64,000 nucleotides of DNA, from assembly GCA_963769895.1 (NCBI GenBank), contig CAVYNJ010000004.1, positions 5,882 to 69,881 of the forward strand, written 5' to 3'. Below the pieces are notes generated by a model. It was given only the letters and a program-made list of their open reading frames with translations, searched no databases and had not been told where the DNA came from. The DNA is from an uncultured Gammaproteobacteria bacterium. Lineage in GTDB: Bacteria; Pseudomonadota; Gammaproteobacteria; Steroidobacterales; Steroidobacteraceae. Positions 36,004 to 45,256 of this stretch are shown piece after piece. How positions within the stretch are numbered: the stretch's first letter is position 1; every line of letters begins with the position of its first letter. The position numbers and the translations under genes are program-made.

Positions 36004-36987
36004 ATGAACGTATCAAGCTTGCAAGCGCGGCACGCCGCGCGTGAATTTGGATCTAGGGATTTTAATTGGCGCTCGCTGCTGCCGAGCGTCGCCGTGGTCG
36101 CTCTGCTCGGACTCGCCCCGACCGCGAGCCACGCGTGTGCGTGCGGTTGCGGGGTGTTCGATGTCGGCACGGCGTCCATGTTCCCGCACGATGCGGGCGG
36201 CATGGCCTTCATCGAATACGACTACATGGATCAGAACAAGAACTGGAGCGGTACTTCGCAGGCGTCGGCGGACAACAATTCCGACAAGCGCATTCGCACG
36301 AGCTTCATGAACGTCGGCGCGCAGTACGAATTCAATCGTTCCTGGGGCGTGTCGGTGGAGGTGCCGTATTGGCAGCGCTATTTTCAGACGACGGATGACA
36401 GCGGCAACATCGTCGACTTCACGCACGGTGCGCTCGGGGATATCCGCATCAAGGGAATCTATACGGGATTTTCCGACGACATGTCGACCGGGTTGACGTT
36501 TGGACTCAAGCTGCCGACCGGGGATTCGACCTACGCCAATTTCGACCCCGACACCGAGATCGGGACCGGCAGCACCGATCTTCTGCTCGGCGCCTATCAT
36601 CTCGGGAATCTGAGCGCGGACGGTCAGTTTCGCTACTTCACGCAGGCGCAGTGGGACAAGCCGGTCGAGCACAAGGCGGTCTACCGCCCCGGCGCCGAGG
36701 TGGATGCCGCGGCCGGCGCGTACTACGAGGGCTGGAATTTATCGCCGTCGGTCCAGATCGCCCCCGTGTTGCAGCTGAACGCTAGCTACCGTGGGCATGA
36801 CGGCGGCGCGCTCGGTCACCCCGGGGATAGTGGCTATGAACGCTTGCTCGTCACGCCGGGCATTCAGGTGAACGCCAATCAATTATCCGTTTACATCGAC
36901 GTGGGTTTTCCGGTTTATGTGAATTCAAGCGGCAATCAGATTGTGGCCTCCCAGTTCTATCGCATGAACCTGAGCTATCGATTCTGA
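36004..36987 (+). CDS. outer-membrane beta-barrel protein (MetA/phenol-pathway-like transporter family)
   Basis: A signal peptide, then 'ACACGCGVFDVGT'. Alternating beta-strand pattern and a terminal '...MNLSYRF'. Confidence 0.65.
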   Translation: MNVSSLQARHAAREFGSRDFNWRSLLPSVAVVALLGLAPTASHACACGCGVFDVGTASMFPHDAGGMAFIEYDYMDQNKNWSGTSQASADNNSDKRIRTSFMNVGAQYEFNRSWGVSVEVPYWQRYFQTTDDSGNIVDFTHGALGDIRIKGIYTGFSDDMSTGLTFGLKLPTGDSTYANFDPDTEIGTGSTDLLLGAYHLGNLSADGQFRYFTQAQWDKPVEHKAVYRPGAEVDAAAGAYYEGWNLSPSVQIAPVLQLNASYRGHDGGALGHPGDSGYERLLVTPGIQVNANQLSVYIDVGFPVYVNSSGNQIVASQFYRMNLSYRF

Positions 36988-37111
36988 GCGGGTCCTGTGG
37001 ATGGTTCGCAAGAATCAGCGGGTACACGGATGACTGCGCGCTTCGATTTACACGAATTCACATGGCAAGCAGGAGTATCGGCCGCACCAATGTCGAACAT
37101 CTAAGGCCGCC

Positions 37112-37180
37112 GGTCGATTGCCGCCATGCCGATTGGGCCCAATATTCGAACTAAAATGCTTCATCGCTAATTCGCACGCC
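37112..37180 (+). repeat. junction repeat family, copy D
   Basis: GGTCGATTGCCGCCATGCCGATTGGGCCCAATATTCGAACTAAAATGCTTCATCGCTAATTCGCACGCC. This is the closest match to copy A. Confidence 0.6.
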
Positions 37181-37212
37181 ACAGGAGCCGCTCTCGCCCC
37201 GGGGCACGCCGC

Positions 37213-37920
37213 TCAGTCGCGTGCGAAGCGAACGACACCCGCGTAGAGGACGGCCAGAAGCCCGGTGAGGAAGATACCGTCGAACGTACCCGCCCCTCCG
37301 ATCGATGCGATCGGTGCTCCGAGCCCCTGGAGCTTGCCCAGATTCCAGATATCCGCGCCGATCAGGGTGCCCAAACTACCGCTGATGTAGGCGAGGGGCG
37401 CGGCTTGGCGCCGCGCGAGGGCCATCGCGACGATGCCGGTGATCACGACCGGTGCGACGACCGGTATCGCGATTCCCAGACCCGGCACGGGCCGCGCCAG
37501 CCAGTGGCAGGCGACCGCCACGATGGCGACTCCAACCACGCTCAGCGCGAGCATGCGCTGTTTGACGATCAAATAAAGCGACAGCGCGACCGGAACCAGA
37601 GCTCCGCCGACGTTGACCGCGATCACGGTAGCGTTCCATTCCCTTACGACCGGCACGACATACGTGATCCCGAAAAAGTCGATTTCGGCTGCCTTTATCA
37701 CGCTTTTCGCCGGCAGATAGGCGATGGGAATATTGATGTAGCTGCCTAGCAGCGACAGACCGAGAATGCCGATGAGGGTCCGCAGCCCGATGCCCATGCT
37801 TTCGGAGGCGTGCCGAAGCAGCCGGACAGCCGCCATGCCGACCAGCAGTGCGAGCAATCCGCTCAGCACGAGCAGGAACGGCAGGCTGACGGGAAAGTAG
37901 TGCAATCCGCTATGCAGCAT
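37213..37920 (-). CDS. DUF1614-like integral membrane protein
   Basis: About 235 aa from the internal start 'MLHSGLHYFPVSLPFLLVLSG', with multiple TM helices. The family assignment is from memory of the overall pattern. Confidence 0.6.
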   Translation of the reverse strand: MLHSGLHYFPVSLPFLLVLSGLLALLVGMAAVRLLRHASESMGIGLRTLIGILGLSLLGSYINIPIAYLPAKSVIKAAEIDFFGITYVVPVVREWNATVIAVNVGGALVPVALSLYLIVKQRMLALSVVGVAIVAVACHWLARPVPGLGIAIPVVAPVVITGIVAMALARRQAAPLAYISGSLGTLIGADIWNLGKLQGLGAPIASIGGAGTFDGIFLTGLLAVLYAGVVRFARD

Positions 37921-38095
37921 CGTTGCTCGGCATTCTACCGCCGCTCCGTCGCGAGGAGGATGCGAATCGCCAGGGTGCGTGAATAACCGGGCGCCCGCAG
38001 CGAAGGAGCCGAAGGTCCTGGAGTAATCCGTCAGGACGACCCACTGCCACATGACTAGCGATGATTGCCGCTGTTGTCTTTTTTTTTACAAGACT

Positions 38096-39163
38096 ATGAC
38101 GCAGTCGATGACGGCGGCAGAATTGCAGTCCGCCCGGTATCGGAGTTCAGCCATCGTGAGAGCTATTCAGATAGACCACTACGGGGGTCCGGAGGTCATC
38201 GTCCGCCGAGAGCTGCCGGTACCTACCCCTGGAACCGGCGAGGTGCTCGTTCGGCTCGCCTATTCCGGCATCAACTTCATGGATATTCATACGCGGCAGG
38301 GCAAATACGCCGGCTCGCGTACCTATCCCCAGACAATGCCGACAACACTCGGCATTGAGGGCGCGGGGACGATCGAGGCGATCGGAAGCGGCGTTGAGGA
38401 TTTCCGGCCGGGTGACAGGGTCGCCTATTGCCTGTCTTGGGGTAGCTATGCCGACTACGCGGTCGTTCCCGCATGGCGTGTCGTACCTGTACCCGAGGGC
38501 TTGCCGCTCGAGCTTGCCGCAGCCTCGATGTTCCATGGCCTGACGGCGCACTATCTGGCCTACGACCTCGGTAAGTTCGGCCCCGGCGTCACCTGTCTCG
38601 TGCATTCGGCCTCGGGTGGTATCGGTCAATTGCTCGTGCAACTCGGCGCTCGTCTGAGGGCAACCGTTTACGCGGCAACGAGCACCGAAGCCAAAGCGCA
38701 GGTGGCCCGAAGTCGCGGTGCAACCGCCGCCTTCCTCTACGACGACGGCCGGTTCGCGGACACCGTGCGGAATCTTACCGGGGGCCGCGGGGTGGATGTC
38801 GTCTTCGATGCGATCGGCAAGCCCACATTGCGCGACAGCCTGCGCGCGACGAGAACCCAGGGTCTCGTCGTTAGTTTCGGCAGCGTCGGTGGCAGCGTCA
38901 AAGATCTCGACCCGATCGAGCTCGGGGAGGCCGGTTCGCTCTTTTTGACGCGGCCACGCCTCGCCGATTATCTCTCCGACGCCAAGACGATCCGCCGCCG
39001 GGCAACCGATATCTTCGCGGCCTTGATTGACGGGTCGCTGTCGATCGAGATCGCGGGCCTATACACGCTCGATGACTTGGAGCGGGCGCACGATGATCTC
39101 GAGAACAGACGAACCGTGGGAAAGCCGCTCATCAAGATCGCGCAAAATGGTCCGCGTGAATAG
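38096..39163 (+). CDS. qor: NADPH:quinone oxidoreductase (zinc-type alcohol dehydrogenase superfamily)
   Basis: 'GGPEVIVRRELPVPTPGTGEVLVRLAYSGINFMDIHTRQGKY' and 'HSASGGIGQLLVQL'. The start codon is uncertain (38051, 38096 or 38108). Confidence 0.8.
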   Translation: MTQSMTAAELQSARYRSSAIVRAIQIDHYGGPEVIVRRELPVPTPGTGEVLVRLAYSGINFMDIHTRQGKYAGSRTYPQTMPTTLGIEGAGTIEAIGSGVEDFRPGDRVAYCLSWGSYADYAVVPAWRVVPVPEGLPLELAAASMFHGLTAHYLAYDLGKFGPGVTCLVHSASGGIGQLLVQLGARLRATVYAATSTEAKAQVARSRGATAAFLYDDGRFADTVRNLTGGRGVDVVFDAIGKPTLRDSLRATRTQGLVVSFGSVGGSVKDLDPIELGEAGSLFLTRPRLADYLSDAKTIRRRATDIFAALIDGSLSIEIAGLYTLDDLERAHDDLENRRTVGKPLIKIAQNGPRE

Positions 39164-39310
39164 GCCGTCGGACTCCGCGATCGAGTCACGATCAACGCAA
39201 ATGCTGCGCCGGACACCTTAAGTGATGCGTCCAATAATACGAGGCGGTTCGTAATGAATTCGGGTCGCCATCAACCCGGTATCTACTAGGCGACGACCCG
39301 ATCGTCGATT

Positions 39311-40885
39311 TCAGTGCGCGGCGCCGGCGGTGACTTCTCCCTCGACGTGTCCTGCAGGGCGCGCGAGCCATACGATCAAGATCAGGGCCAGGAACAGAAA
39401 GGCGGAGACGTAGAATATATCGTCGGCGGACATCATGTACGCCTGGATTTCGACGAGCCGGTCGAGCAGCCCAACGCTCTGCGGCGAGGTCAGGCCGCCG
39501 GCGTGCATCTGGAGGAGTGCATGCGCGGTGACGGGATTCGAGTTCGTCAGCTGCTCGACGAGCCGCTCGTGGTGGAGCCGCGCCCTGTCGGCCCAGATCG
39601 TGGTCGTGATCGACGTGGCGAAGGAGCCCGCCGCGATGCGTGCGAAATTCAAGAGTCCCGAGGCTGACGGGATGCGCTCGGGAGCGAGGCCCGAGAACGC
39701 GAGCTGCAGCAGCGGGATGAAGAAGAACGCCATCGCGACCCCTTGAATGAACGTGGGCAGCAGCAGTGTCTGCATGTCCGCGTCGGTGTTGAACTTGGAG
39801 CGCATGTACATCACCAGCGCGAACACAAGGAAGGAGACGGTAACGAACCAGCGGGGATCGACGCGGTCGATCCGGCGTCCGACGATCGGCGTGAGCGCGA
39901 TCGCGAGTACCCCGACCGGCGCGAGCACGAATCCTGCAAGCGTTGCCGTGTATCCCATGTACTGCTGCAGCCACAGCGGCAGCAGCACCACGTTGCCGAA
40001 GAAGAGCCCATAGCCGGTCAGCATTGCGATCGTTGCCACCCAGAAATTGCGCTTGCCGAATAGGCTCAGATCCACGACCGGGTGGTCGTCGGTGAGCTCC
40101 CAGACGATGAACGCGATGAAGCCGAAGATCGTGATGACGGCGAGCGTGACGATGAACGACGAATTGAACCAGTCGAGGTTCTTGCCCTTGTCGAGCATGA
40201 TCTGCAACGCCCCCACCCAGATCACTAGCAGCGCCAGTCCGACTTTGTCGATGGGCGCCCGGGCGGTGGGGCTCTCGCGATGGCGATAGATCGACCAGGT
40301 CGCGAGTGCCGCGCCGATGCCGATGGGCACGTTGATGTAAAAAATCCACGGCCAGGAAATGTTGTCGGTGATCCACCCGCCGAGCACCGGCCCGACCACC
40401 GGCGCGACCAGAGTCGTCATCGACCAGACACCGAGCGCGGCACCGGCCTTGGACTTCGGATAGCTCGACAGGAGCAGCGCCTGCGACAGCGGGATCATTG
40501 GACCCGCAACCAAGCCTTGGATCGCGCGGAAGACCACGAGCAGCGACAGCGATGGAGCCAAGCCGCACAGGAATGAGGCGACGACGAAGAGCAGAGTCGA
40601 AGCGGTAAACAATCGCACCTGTCCGAGCCGGCGCGTGAGCCACCCGGTTAGCGGCATCGAGATGGCGTTGGCGACGGCGAACGACGTGATCACCCAAGTA
40701 CCCTGATCGGGCGAGACCCCGAGGTCGCCCGCAATGGCCGGGATCGACACGTTCGCAATCGACGTATCGAGCACGTTCATGAAGGTCGCAAGCGAAAGCG
40801 CGATGGTACCGGCGATGACCGCGGCGCCCTGAAGCGGCGGCAATGCCGGGGTGCTCGAAGTTGCGCGACTCTGTTCGGCGCTCAT
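39311..40885 (-). CDS. emrB: DHA2-family MFS multidrug efflux permease (EmrB-like)
   Basis: 'LATFMNVLDTSIANVSIPAIAGDLG' and 14 predicted TMS. It lies downstream of a HlyD-type adaptor gene. Confidence 0.9.
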   Translation of the reverse strand: MSAEQSRATSSTPALPPLQGAAVIAGTIALSLATFMNVLDTSIANVSIPAIAGDLGVSPDQGTWVITSFAVANAISMPLTGWLTRRLGQVRLFTASTLLFVVASFLCGLAPSLSLLVVFRAIQGLVAGPMIPLSQALLLSSYPKSKAGAALGVWSMTTLVAPVVGPVLGGWITDNISWPWIFYINVPIGIGAALATWSIYRHRESPTARAPIDKVGLALLVIWVGALQIMLDKGKNLDWFNSSFIVTLAVITIFGFIAFIVWELTDDHPVVDLSLFGKRNFWVATIAMLTGYGLFFGNVVLLPLWLQQYMGYTATLAGFVLAPVGVLAIALTPIVGRRIDRVDPRWFVTVSFLVFALVMYMRSKFNTDADMQTLLLPTFIQGVAMAFFFIPLLQLAFSGLAPERIPSASGLLNFARIAAGSFATSITTTIWADRARLHHERLVEQLTNSNPVTAHALLQMHAGGLTSPQSVGLLDRLVEIQAYMMSADDIFYVSAFLFLALILIVWLARPAGHVEGEVTAGAAH

Positions 40886-40899
40886 GGTGGCGTTCTCGC

Positions 40900-42228
40900 T
40901 CAGGGTAGGCGCCGAGCGATCCCGAGTTGGCCGGACCGGCGCAAGAGGCCGAGCGCTTCCGGTACCTGCCCTGCGGCGAGGAGCCGATCAGCCTGCGGGG
41001 CGGTGGCCGCGCCGGCCTTGGGTTCATCGTATGCGCGGCCTCGCGCGAGCGCAGGATCTCCCGCGGCAGGGTCGTTTGCAACGATGATCCGCCGCACCTC
41101 GTCGGTCGCTTCGCGATCGGCGGAACTGAATACGCCGGTCGACGCGTCCGCCGATCGGCCCGCCACCTCGGGCAGCCGTGGACCGCCATCGTTGCGCACG
41201 TCGATGCTCGCTTTTATCGACAGCCCGATTTGCAATGGATGCGCGGCGAGGTCTCGCGGATCGAGCGCGATCCGCACCGGCACGCGCTGCACGATCTTGA
41301 TCCAGTTGCCGGTTGCATTCTGCGCTGGTAGGAGCGCAAAGGCCGAGCCGGTTCCCGCGCCGAACCCCACCACCCGTCCATGAAACTCGACTGCGCGCCC
41401 GTAGATGTCCGAGGTCAGCTCAACAGGCTGCCCCGCTCGCACTCGGGCTAGCTGGGACTCCTTGAAGTTGGCATCCACCCAGACCTCGCCGAGCGGCACT
41501 ACGGACATCAGCGGCATGCCCGGGCTCACGCGCTCTCCGAGCTGTACGTCGCGCTTGGCGACGAAGCCCGACACCGGTGCCGGCAGCACCGTGCGCTCGT
41601 AGTTGAGATAGGCGGCATGAACCGTCGCTGCCGACACCGTCACATCCGGGTTGGTCTCGATCGTCGTACCGTCGACCCAAACGCGATTCGCGGCCAGCTG
41701 CTGCACGGCGGCGGCAAGAGCCGCTCGCGCGGCATTCAGCGCATCGCTCGCGTGCTGAAGGTTCTCCTGCGAGATGGCGCCCGAGCGGCCGAGGCTTGCC
41801 CGCCGATCGTAGTCGTTCTTCGCCCTGGCGAGTTCGGCGCGGCGCAGCTCGACATTCGCCTCTAGCTCCGCGGAAGTTGCGACGATATTGCGTACACGAC
41901 GCACCGTTTCCGCGAGCTCCGCTTCGGAGTGCTGCAGGGCAACCGCCGCATCGGCCGGATCGAGCCGCACGAGCGGTTCGCCGACCTTGACGTACTGGGT
42001 GTTGTCGGCATCGATTGCCACGACGGTTCCGGGGATCTGAGGCGTAATCTCGACCACGTGGCCGTCCACGTAAGCATCATCCGTGGATTCCGAATAGCGC
42101 AGATCGTGTTGCCAGTACGCGCCGAATCCAGTGGCGCACGCGCCGCACGCCACCGCGACGATCGCGAGCCAGCGCCTACGGGGATTTTTCCACCTCGAGA
42201 CCCGATGATCATTGCTCTCAGCGTTCAT
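40900..42228 (-). CDS. emrA: HlyD/EmrA-family periplasmic adaptor, with a low-complexity C-terminal extension
   Basis: An N-terminal TM, 'TDDAYVDGHVVEITPQIPGTVVAI', a coiled-coil region and a beta-barrel domain. The last ~90 aa are Ala/Arg/Gly-rich. Confidence 0.85.
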   Translation of the reverse strand: MNAESNDHRVSRWKNPRRRWLAIVAVACGACATGFGAYWQHDLRYSESTDDAYVDGHVVEITPQIPGTVVAIDADNTQYVKVGEPLVRLDPADAAVALQHSEAELAETVRRVRNIVATSAELEANVELRRAELARAKNDYDRRASLGRSGAISQENLQHASDALNAARAALAAAVQQLAANRVWVDGTTIETNPDVTVSAATVHAAYLNYERTVLPAPVSGFVAKRDVQLGERVSPGMPLMSVVPLGEVWVDANFKESQLARVRAGQPVELTSDIYGRAVEFHGRVVGFGAGTGSAFALLPAQNATGNWIKIVQRVPVRIALDPRDLAAHPLQIGLSIKASIDVRNDGGPRLPEVAGRSADASTGVFSSADREATDEVRRIIVANDPAAGDPALARGRAYDEPKAGAATAPQADRLLAAGQVPEALGLLRRSGQLGIARRLP

Positions 42229-42267
42229 GTTTCAGTTCTCCTCGAACGCGGCCGTTGTCGCAGCCGT

Positions 42268-43764
42268 TTATTTGTCCAAACTCGCCGTTTCGGTCGCCTT
42301 CTCGGCGGCAGATGGGGCGTAGCCGCCACCGAGTGCGCGCACGAGATCGATCGAGACGCTCCAGCTGCGAGCGCGCAGAGCGACTTCGAGCTTTCGCTGT
42401 GCTAGCAGCTCGCCGTGCGTCGTCAGCACCTCCAGGTAGTCGCCGATGCCGGCGCGGTAGCGCTGCAGAGCGAGATCGTAGGCAGCCTGTGCCGTCGCCA
42501 GGCCGTCCCGCAGCTCTGTGCGCTGCTCAGCGATGCTGCGCAGCGAGACGAGTTGGTCGACCACCTGCCGCACGACGTTGGCGATCGCTTGATTGTATTG
42601 TTCGACCGCGATGTCGTATTGCGCGTCGCGCCCCGCAAGGTTCGCCCGCAAGCGGCCGCCGTCGAAGATCGGCAGCGAGACCGCAGGTCCGACCTGATAG
42701 GTGCTGCTTGCGGCCGTAAGGAACGAGCCGGAGCCGAGAGCCTCGAAGCCCGCGAGCGCGGCGAGATTCACGTCGGGGAAGAAAGCCGCTCTCGCGCTCG
42801 CGATCCCAAACTTTGCCGATTCGATGCGCCACCGTAGCGCCAGAATGTCGGGTCGGTAGCCGATGAGATCGGCGGGCAGTCGGCTCGGCAGCGCGGGCGG
42901 AGCCAGCGACGCGAGGCGCGGTCGTTGCAGGGCGCGACCACGATCGGGACCCCGCCCGATGAGCGCCGCGAGCGCATTGCGGGACAGTTCGATCGTCTCG
43001 TCGAGTTGCGTGATGCGCTCTTTCGCCGCCGGCAGCGCCGCCTGCGCCTGTTTCACGTCGAGCTGCGAACTCAGGCCGGCCCTGTTGCGATCGAGCGTCA
43101 ACGCATAGATCTGCTCGCGCTCGGCAAGCAGCGTTCGTTCCACGTCGCGATCGAGGTAGGCGCGTTCCATTGCGACGTACGTGTCAGCGATGGCGGTGGA
43201 TAGCGTCACGCGGGCGGCATCGGCATCGAGCGCAGCCGCGCGCGAGGCGTCTATCGCCTGTTGTTCCGCGGAGCGGTACTTGCCCCAGAGGTCGAGGTCG
43301 TATTGGAGGCTCAACGCGAGAGTGTTCTGGGTACTCCACGTGCCGCCGATCGGCGGTGGAACGATCCAGTGATCGGGAAAGCGCTCGCGAACGCTCGAGG
43401 CGGACGCGTTCGCCCCTGGCAGGCGCAAAGCGCCGGCGCCCTGCGCAGCAGCGAGGGCGAGCCGAGTGCGGGCCTCGGCCACTTTGAGAGTCGGGGCGTC
43501 GGCAAGACCCTCTTCGATCAGCGCATCGAGTTGTGGATCGCCAAGGGACTTCCACCACCTCTGCGCCGGCCACCTCCCGCCGATCTCGGCTGTGCCGAGC
43601 GATTTCGCAGCGGCAAGGCTCTGCGCCGCGCGCATTTGGGACCGAGGCGTGAGACCCGCCGTCGTGGCGCAACCCGCGAGCACAGCGAGGCCGACGGAGA
43701 GCCCGACAGAGATCGCGCGCCGCGCAAGCAAGCGTGCAACGGACATCGACGGCGCAGCACTCAT
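42268..43764 (-). CDS. NodT-family outer-membrane efflux lipoprotein
   Basis: Lipobox 'LAVLAGC' after the internal start 'MSAAPSMSVARLL...', then OMF repeats. Confidence 0.85.
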   Translation of the reverse strand: MSAAPSMSVARLLARRAISVGLSVGLAVLAGCATTAGLTPRSQMRAAQSLAAAKSLGTAEIGGRWPAQRWWKSLGDPQLDALIEEGLADAPTLKVAEARTRLALAAAQGAGALRLPGANASASSVRERFPDHWIVPPPIGGTWSTQNTLALSLQYDLDLWGKYRSAEQQAIDASRAAALDADAARVTLSTAIADTYVAMERAYLDRDVERTLLAEREQIYALTLDRNRAGLSSQLDVKQAQAALPAAKERITQLDETIELSRNALAALIGRGPDRGRALQRPRLASLAPPALPSRLPADLIGYRPDILALRWRIESAKFGIASARAAFFPDVNLAALAGFEALGSGSFLTAASSTYQVGPAVSLPIFDGGRLRANLAGRDAQYDIAVEQYNQAIANVVRQVVDQLVSLRSIAEQRTELRDGLATAQAAYDLALQRYRAGIGDYLEVLTTHGELLAQRKLEVALRARSWSVSIDLVRALGGGYAPSAAEKATETASLDK

Positions 43765-43922
43765 GACGGCATCCGCGTTCGGTGGCGTTGTAGAAACCAA
43801 GAGACCGCGATCGTGAGGGATCCGACCGCGCCGCCGGTCACGTAAGCCGCGGTCGCGAGCGAGCCGACCACGCGCAGCTCGTCGCGGCCTTGCGCCATCC
43901 AATATCTGACTAAGCTCTTCAT
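43761..43922 (-). CDS. 53-aa membrane protein (not in the ORF track), translationally coupled to the OMF gene
   Basis: Found by reading the sequence. The ATG at 43922 is preceded by GGAGGA (5-nt spacer). Product: 'MKSLVRYWMAQGRDELRVVGSLATAAYVTGGAVGSLTIAVSWFLQRHRTRMPS'. Its TGA overlaps the OMF ATG (ATGA). Confidence 0.45.
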   Translation of the reverse strand: MKSLVRYWMAQGRDELRVVGSLATAAYVTGGAVGSLTIAVSWFLQRHRTRMPS

Positions 43923-44028
43923 GATCTTCCTCCGAACGCGCGCCGCATTTACCTGCTTGGGCAGACAATGCCAGCACGACTAATGTCTAGGCTGCGGCTG
44001 TCTAGGCAAGTATAATTCCAAAAAAAAG

Positions 44029-44544
44029 CTAGGCGTTCTCCAGCATGCGGCGCAGAAAGCCCTCGAGCTGCCGCGCCTCCACCTGCGTAAAGCCGCGCAG
44101 CAGCGAATTGAGGCACTTGCGCGCGACCTCCTTCATCTTCGGCCATATATCTCGTCCGGCATCCGTCAACTTGAGGTAGACGAGACGCCGGTCGTTCGTG
44201 CAACGCTGGCGTCGAACGAGGCCCTTGCTTTCGAGCCGATCGATCATGCGGGTCATAGCACCGGCGTCATATGACATGCTCTTGCAAAGATCGGAGGCCG
44301 ACCTTACTTCCTCGCCATACACGAGCATTGCGATGATCTTCAGCTGTGGCCAGCTGAGCTCCCACGGCGCGAGCTCGGGGTCCGCCGCAAAACCCTTGTC
44401 GAGAGCGTTCGTCAACGCGTCACGAACAAGTCCGAGGAGATTCCCCACGCTCTTCCGGGGCTCGTAGGTCAGAGCTTCGTATACCTCCGGAGCGATACTC
44501 GTTGCCGACCTGGTTTTGTCCGCTCTTGCTGCCATGGACGCCAT
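44029..44544 (-). CDS. MarR-family transcriptional regulator
   Basis: '...SYDAGAMTRMIDRLESKGLVRRQRCTNDRRLVYLKLTDAG' is the winged-helix MarR signature. It heads the efflux operon. Confidence 0.85.
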   Translation of the reverse strand: MASMAARADKTRSATSIAPEVYEALTYEPRKSVGNLLGLVRDALTNALDKGFAADPELAPWELSWPQLKIIAMLVYGEEVRSASDLCKSMSYDAGAMTRMIDRLESKGLVRRQRCTNDRRLVYLKLTDAGRDIWPKMKEVARKCLNSLLRGFTQVEARQLEGFLRRMLENA

Positions 44545-44667
44545 ACTAGTTGCCTAGGCTGTCATTGTCAAGGCCTTTAATACCGGGTGAAAAACCTACG
44601 CCGCGTTGTGCGCGACATCCGGCCGTTTGCGGTGCATTCAAGGGCCTACCGGTACGCGTCGGCCGGC

Positions 44668-45231
44668 TCAGAATTCCTCGCCGAGCAGCCGCGTCTTCGC
44701 GATCGCCGCGGCGGCTTGCTCCGGGCTCTCGATCGCCCCGAAGAGCAGTTCGACGCGCGATTCCGATACGCCGCAATACTCGAGAAGGCCCGCCCCGAGT
44801 TGGGTTCTGATCGCAACGTCGAATGCGCCCGTCTCGTAGTTGGCGCGACCAACACCCGCGACGCCGATCAGCCAAACGCGCCGGTGCGGGTAGGAGCACG
44901 GGCCGTAGGCGAAGCCGAAGTTCCAAACTCGGTCGATCCAGCCCTTTAAAATCGCCGGCATCGACCACCACCAAACCGGAAATACGATGACCGTGGCCGC
45001 GTTGCGCTCGATCCGCCCGATCTCGCGGCGCACGGTCTCCGAATAGATCTTCTTGGAATTCGCCCAATCCGGCTCGTCGGCGGACTGCAGCACGGGATCG
45101 AATCTTTCGGCGACGAGATCCGCCCATTCGATGCGATGTCCGCGCCGCTCAATCGCTGCCGCAAACGCGGCGGCGACCGCCTGCGTCAGGGACTCGCGGC
45201 GCGGATGCGCGACGACCAGCAAAGTATCCAT
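44668..45231 (-). CDS. NAD(P)H-dependent oxidoreductase (flavodoxin-like fold, quinone reductase type)
   Basis: 'MDTLLVVAHPRRESLT' and 'VFPVWWWSMPAILKGWIDRVW'. Confidence 0.8.
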   Translation of the reverse strand: MDTLLVVAHPRRESLTQAVAAAFAAAIERRGHRIEWADLVAERFDPVLQSADEPDWANSKKIYSETVRREIGRIERNAATVIVFPVWWWSMPAILKGWIDRVWNFGFAYGPCSYPHRRVWLIGVAGVGRANYETGAFDVAIRTQLGAGLLEYCGVSESRVELLFGAIESPEQAAAAIAKTRLLGEEF

Positions 45232-45256
45232 CCGCCTCTCTCCCGGAGCCCGCCAG

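Noticed and set aside
37100-37165. Small minus-strand ORF inside junction repeat D (MKHFSSNIGPNRHGG...)
   Set aside because: The equivalent frame in copy A hits a stop after four codons and copies B and C diverge, so the repeat is not conserved as coding sequence.
39192-41189. 665-aa ORF overlapping the emrB/emrA genes
   Set aside because: It is on the same strand but out of frame with two genes that have clear family motifs. The product is Arg/Pro/Gly-rich nonsense.
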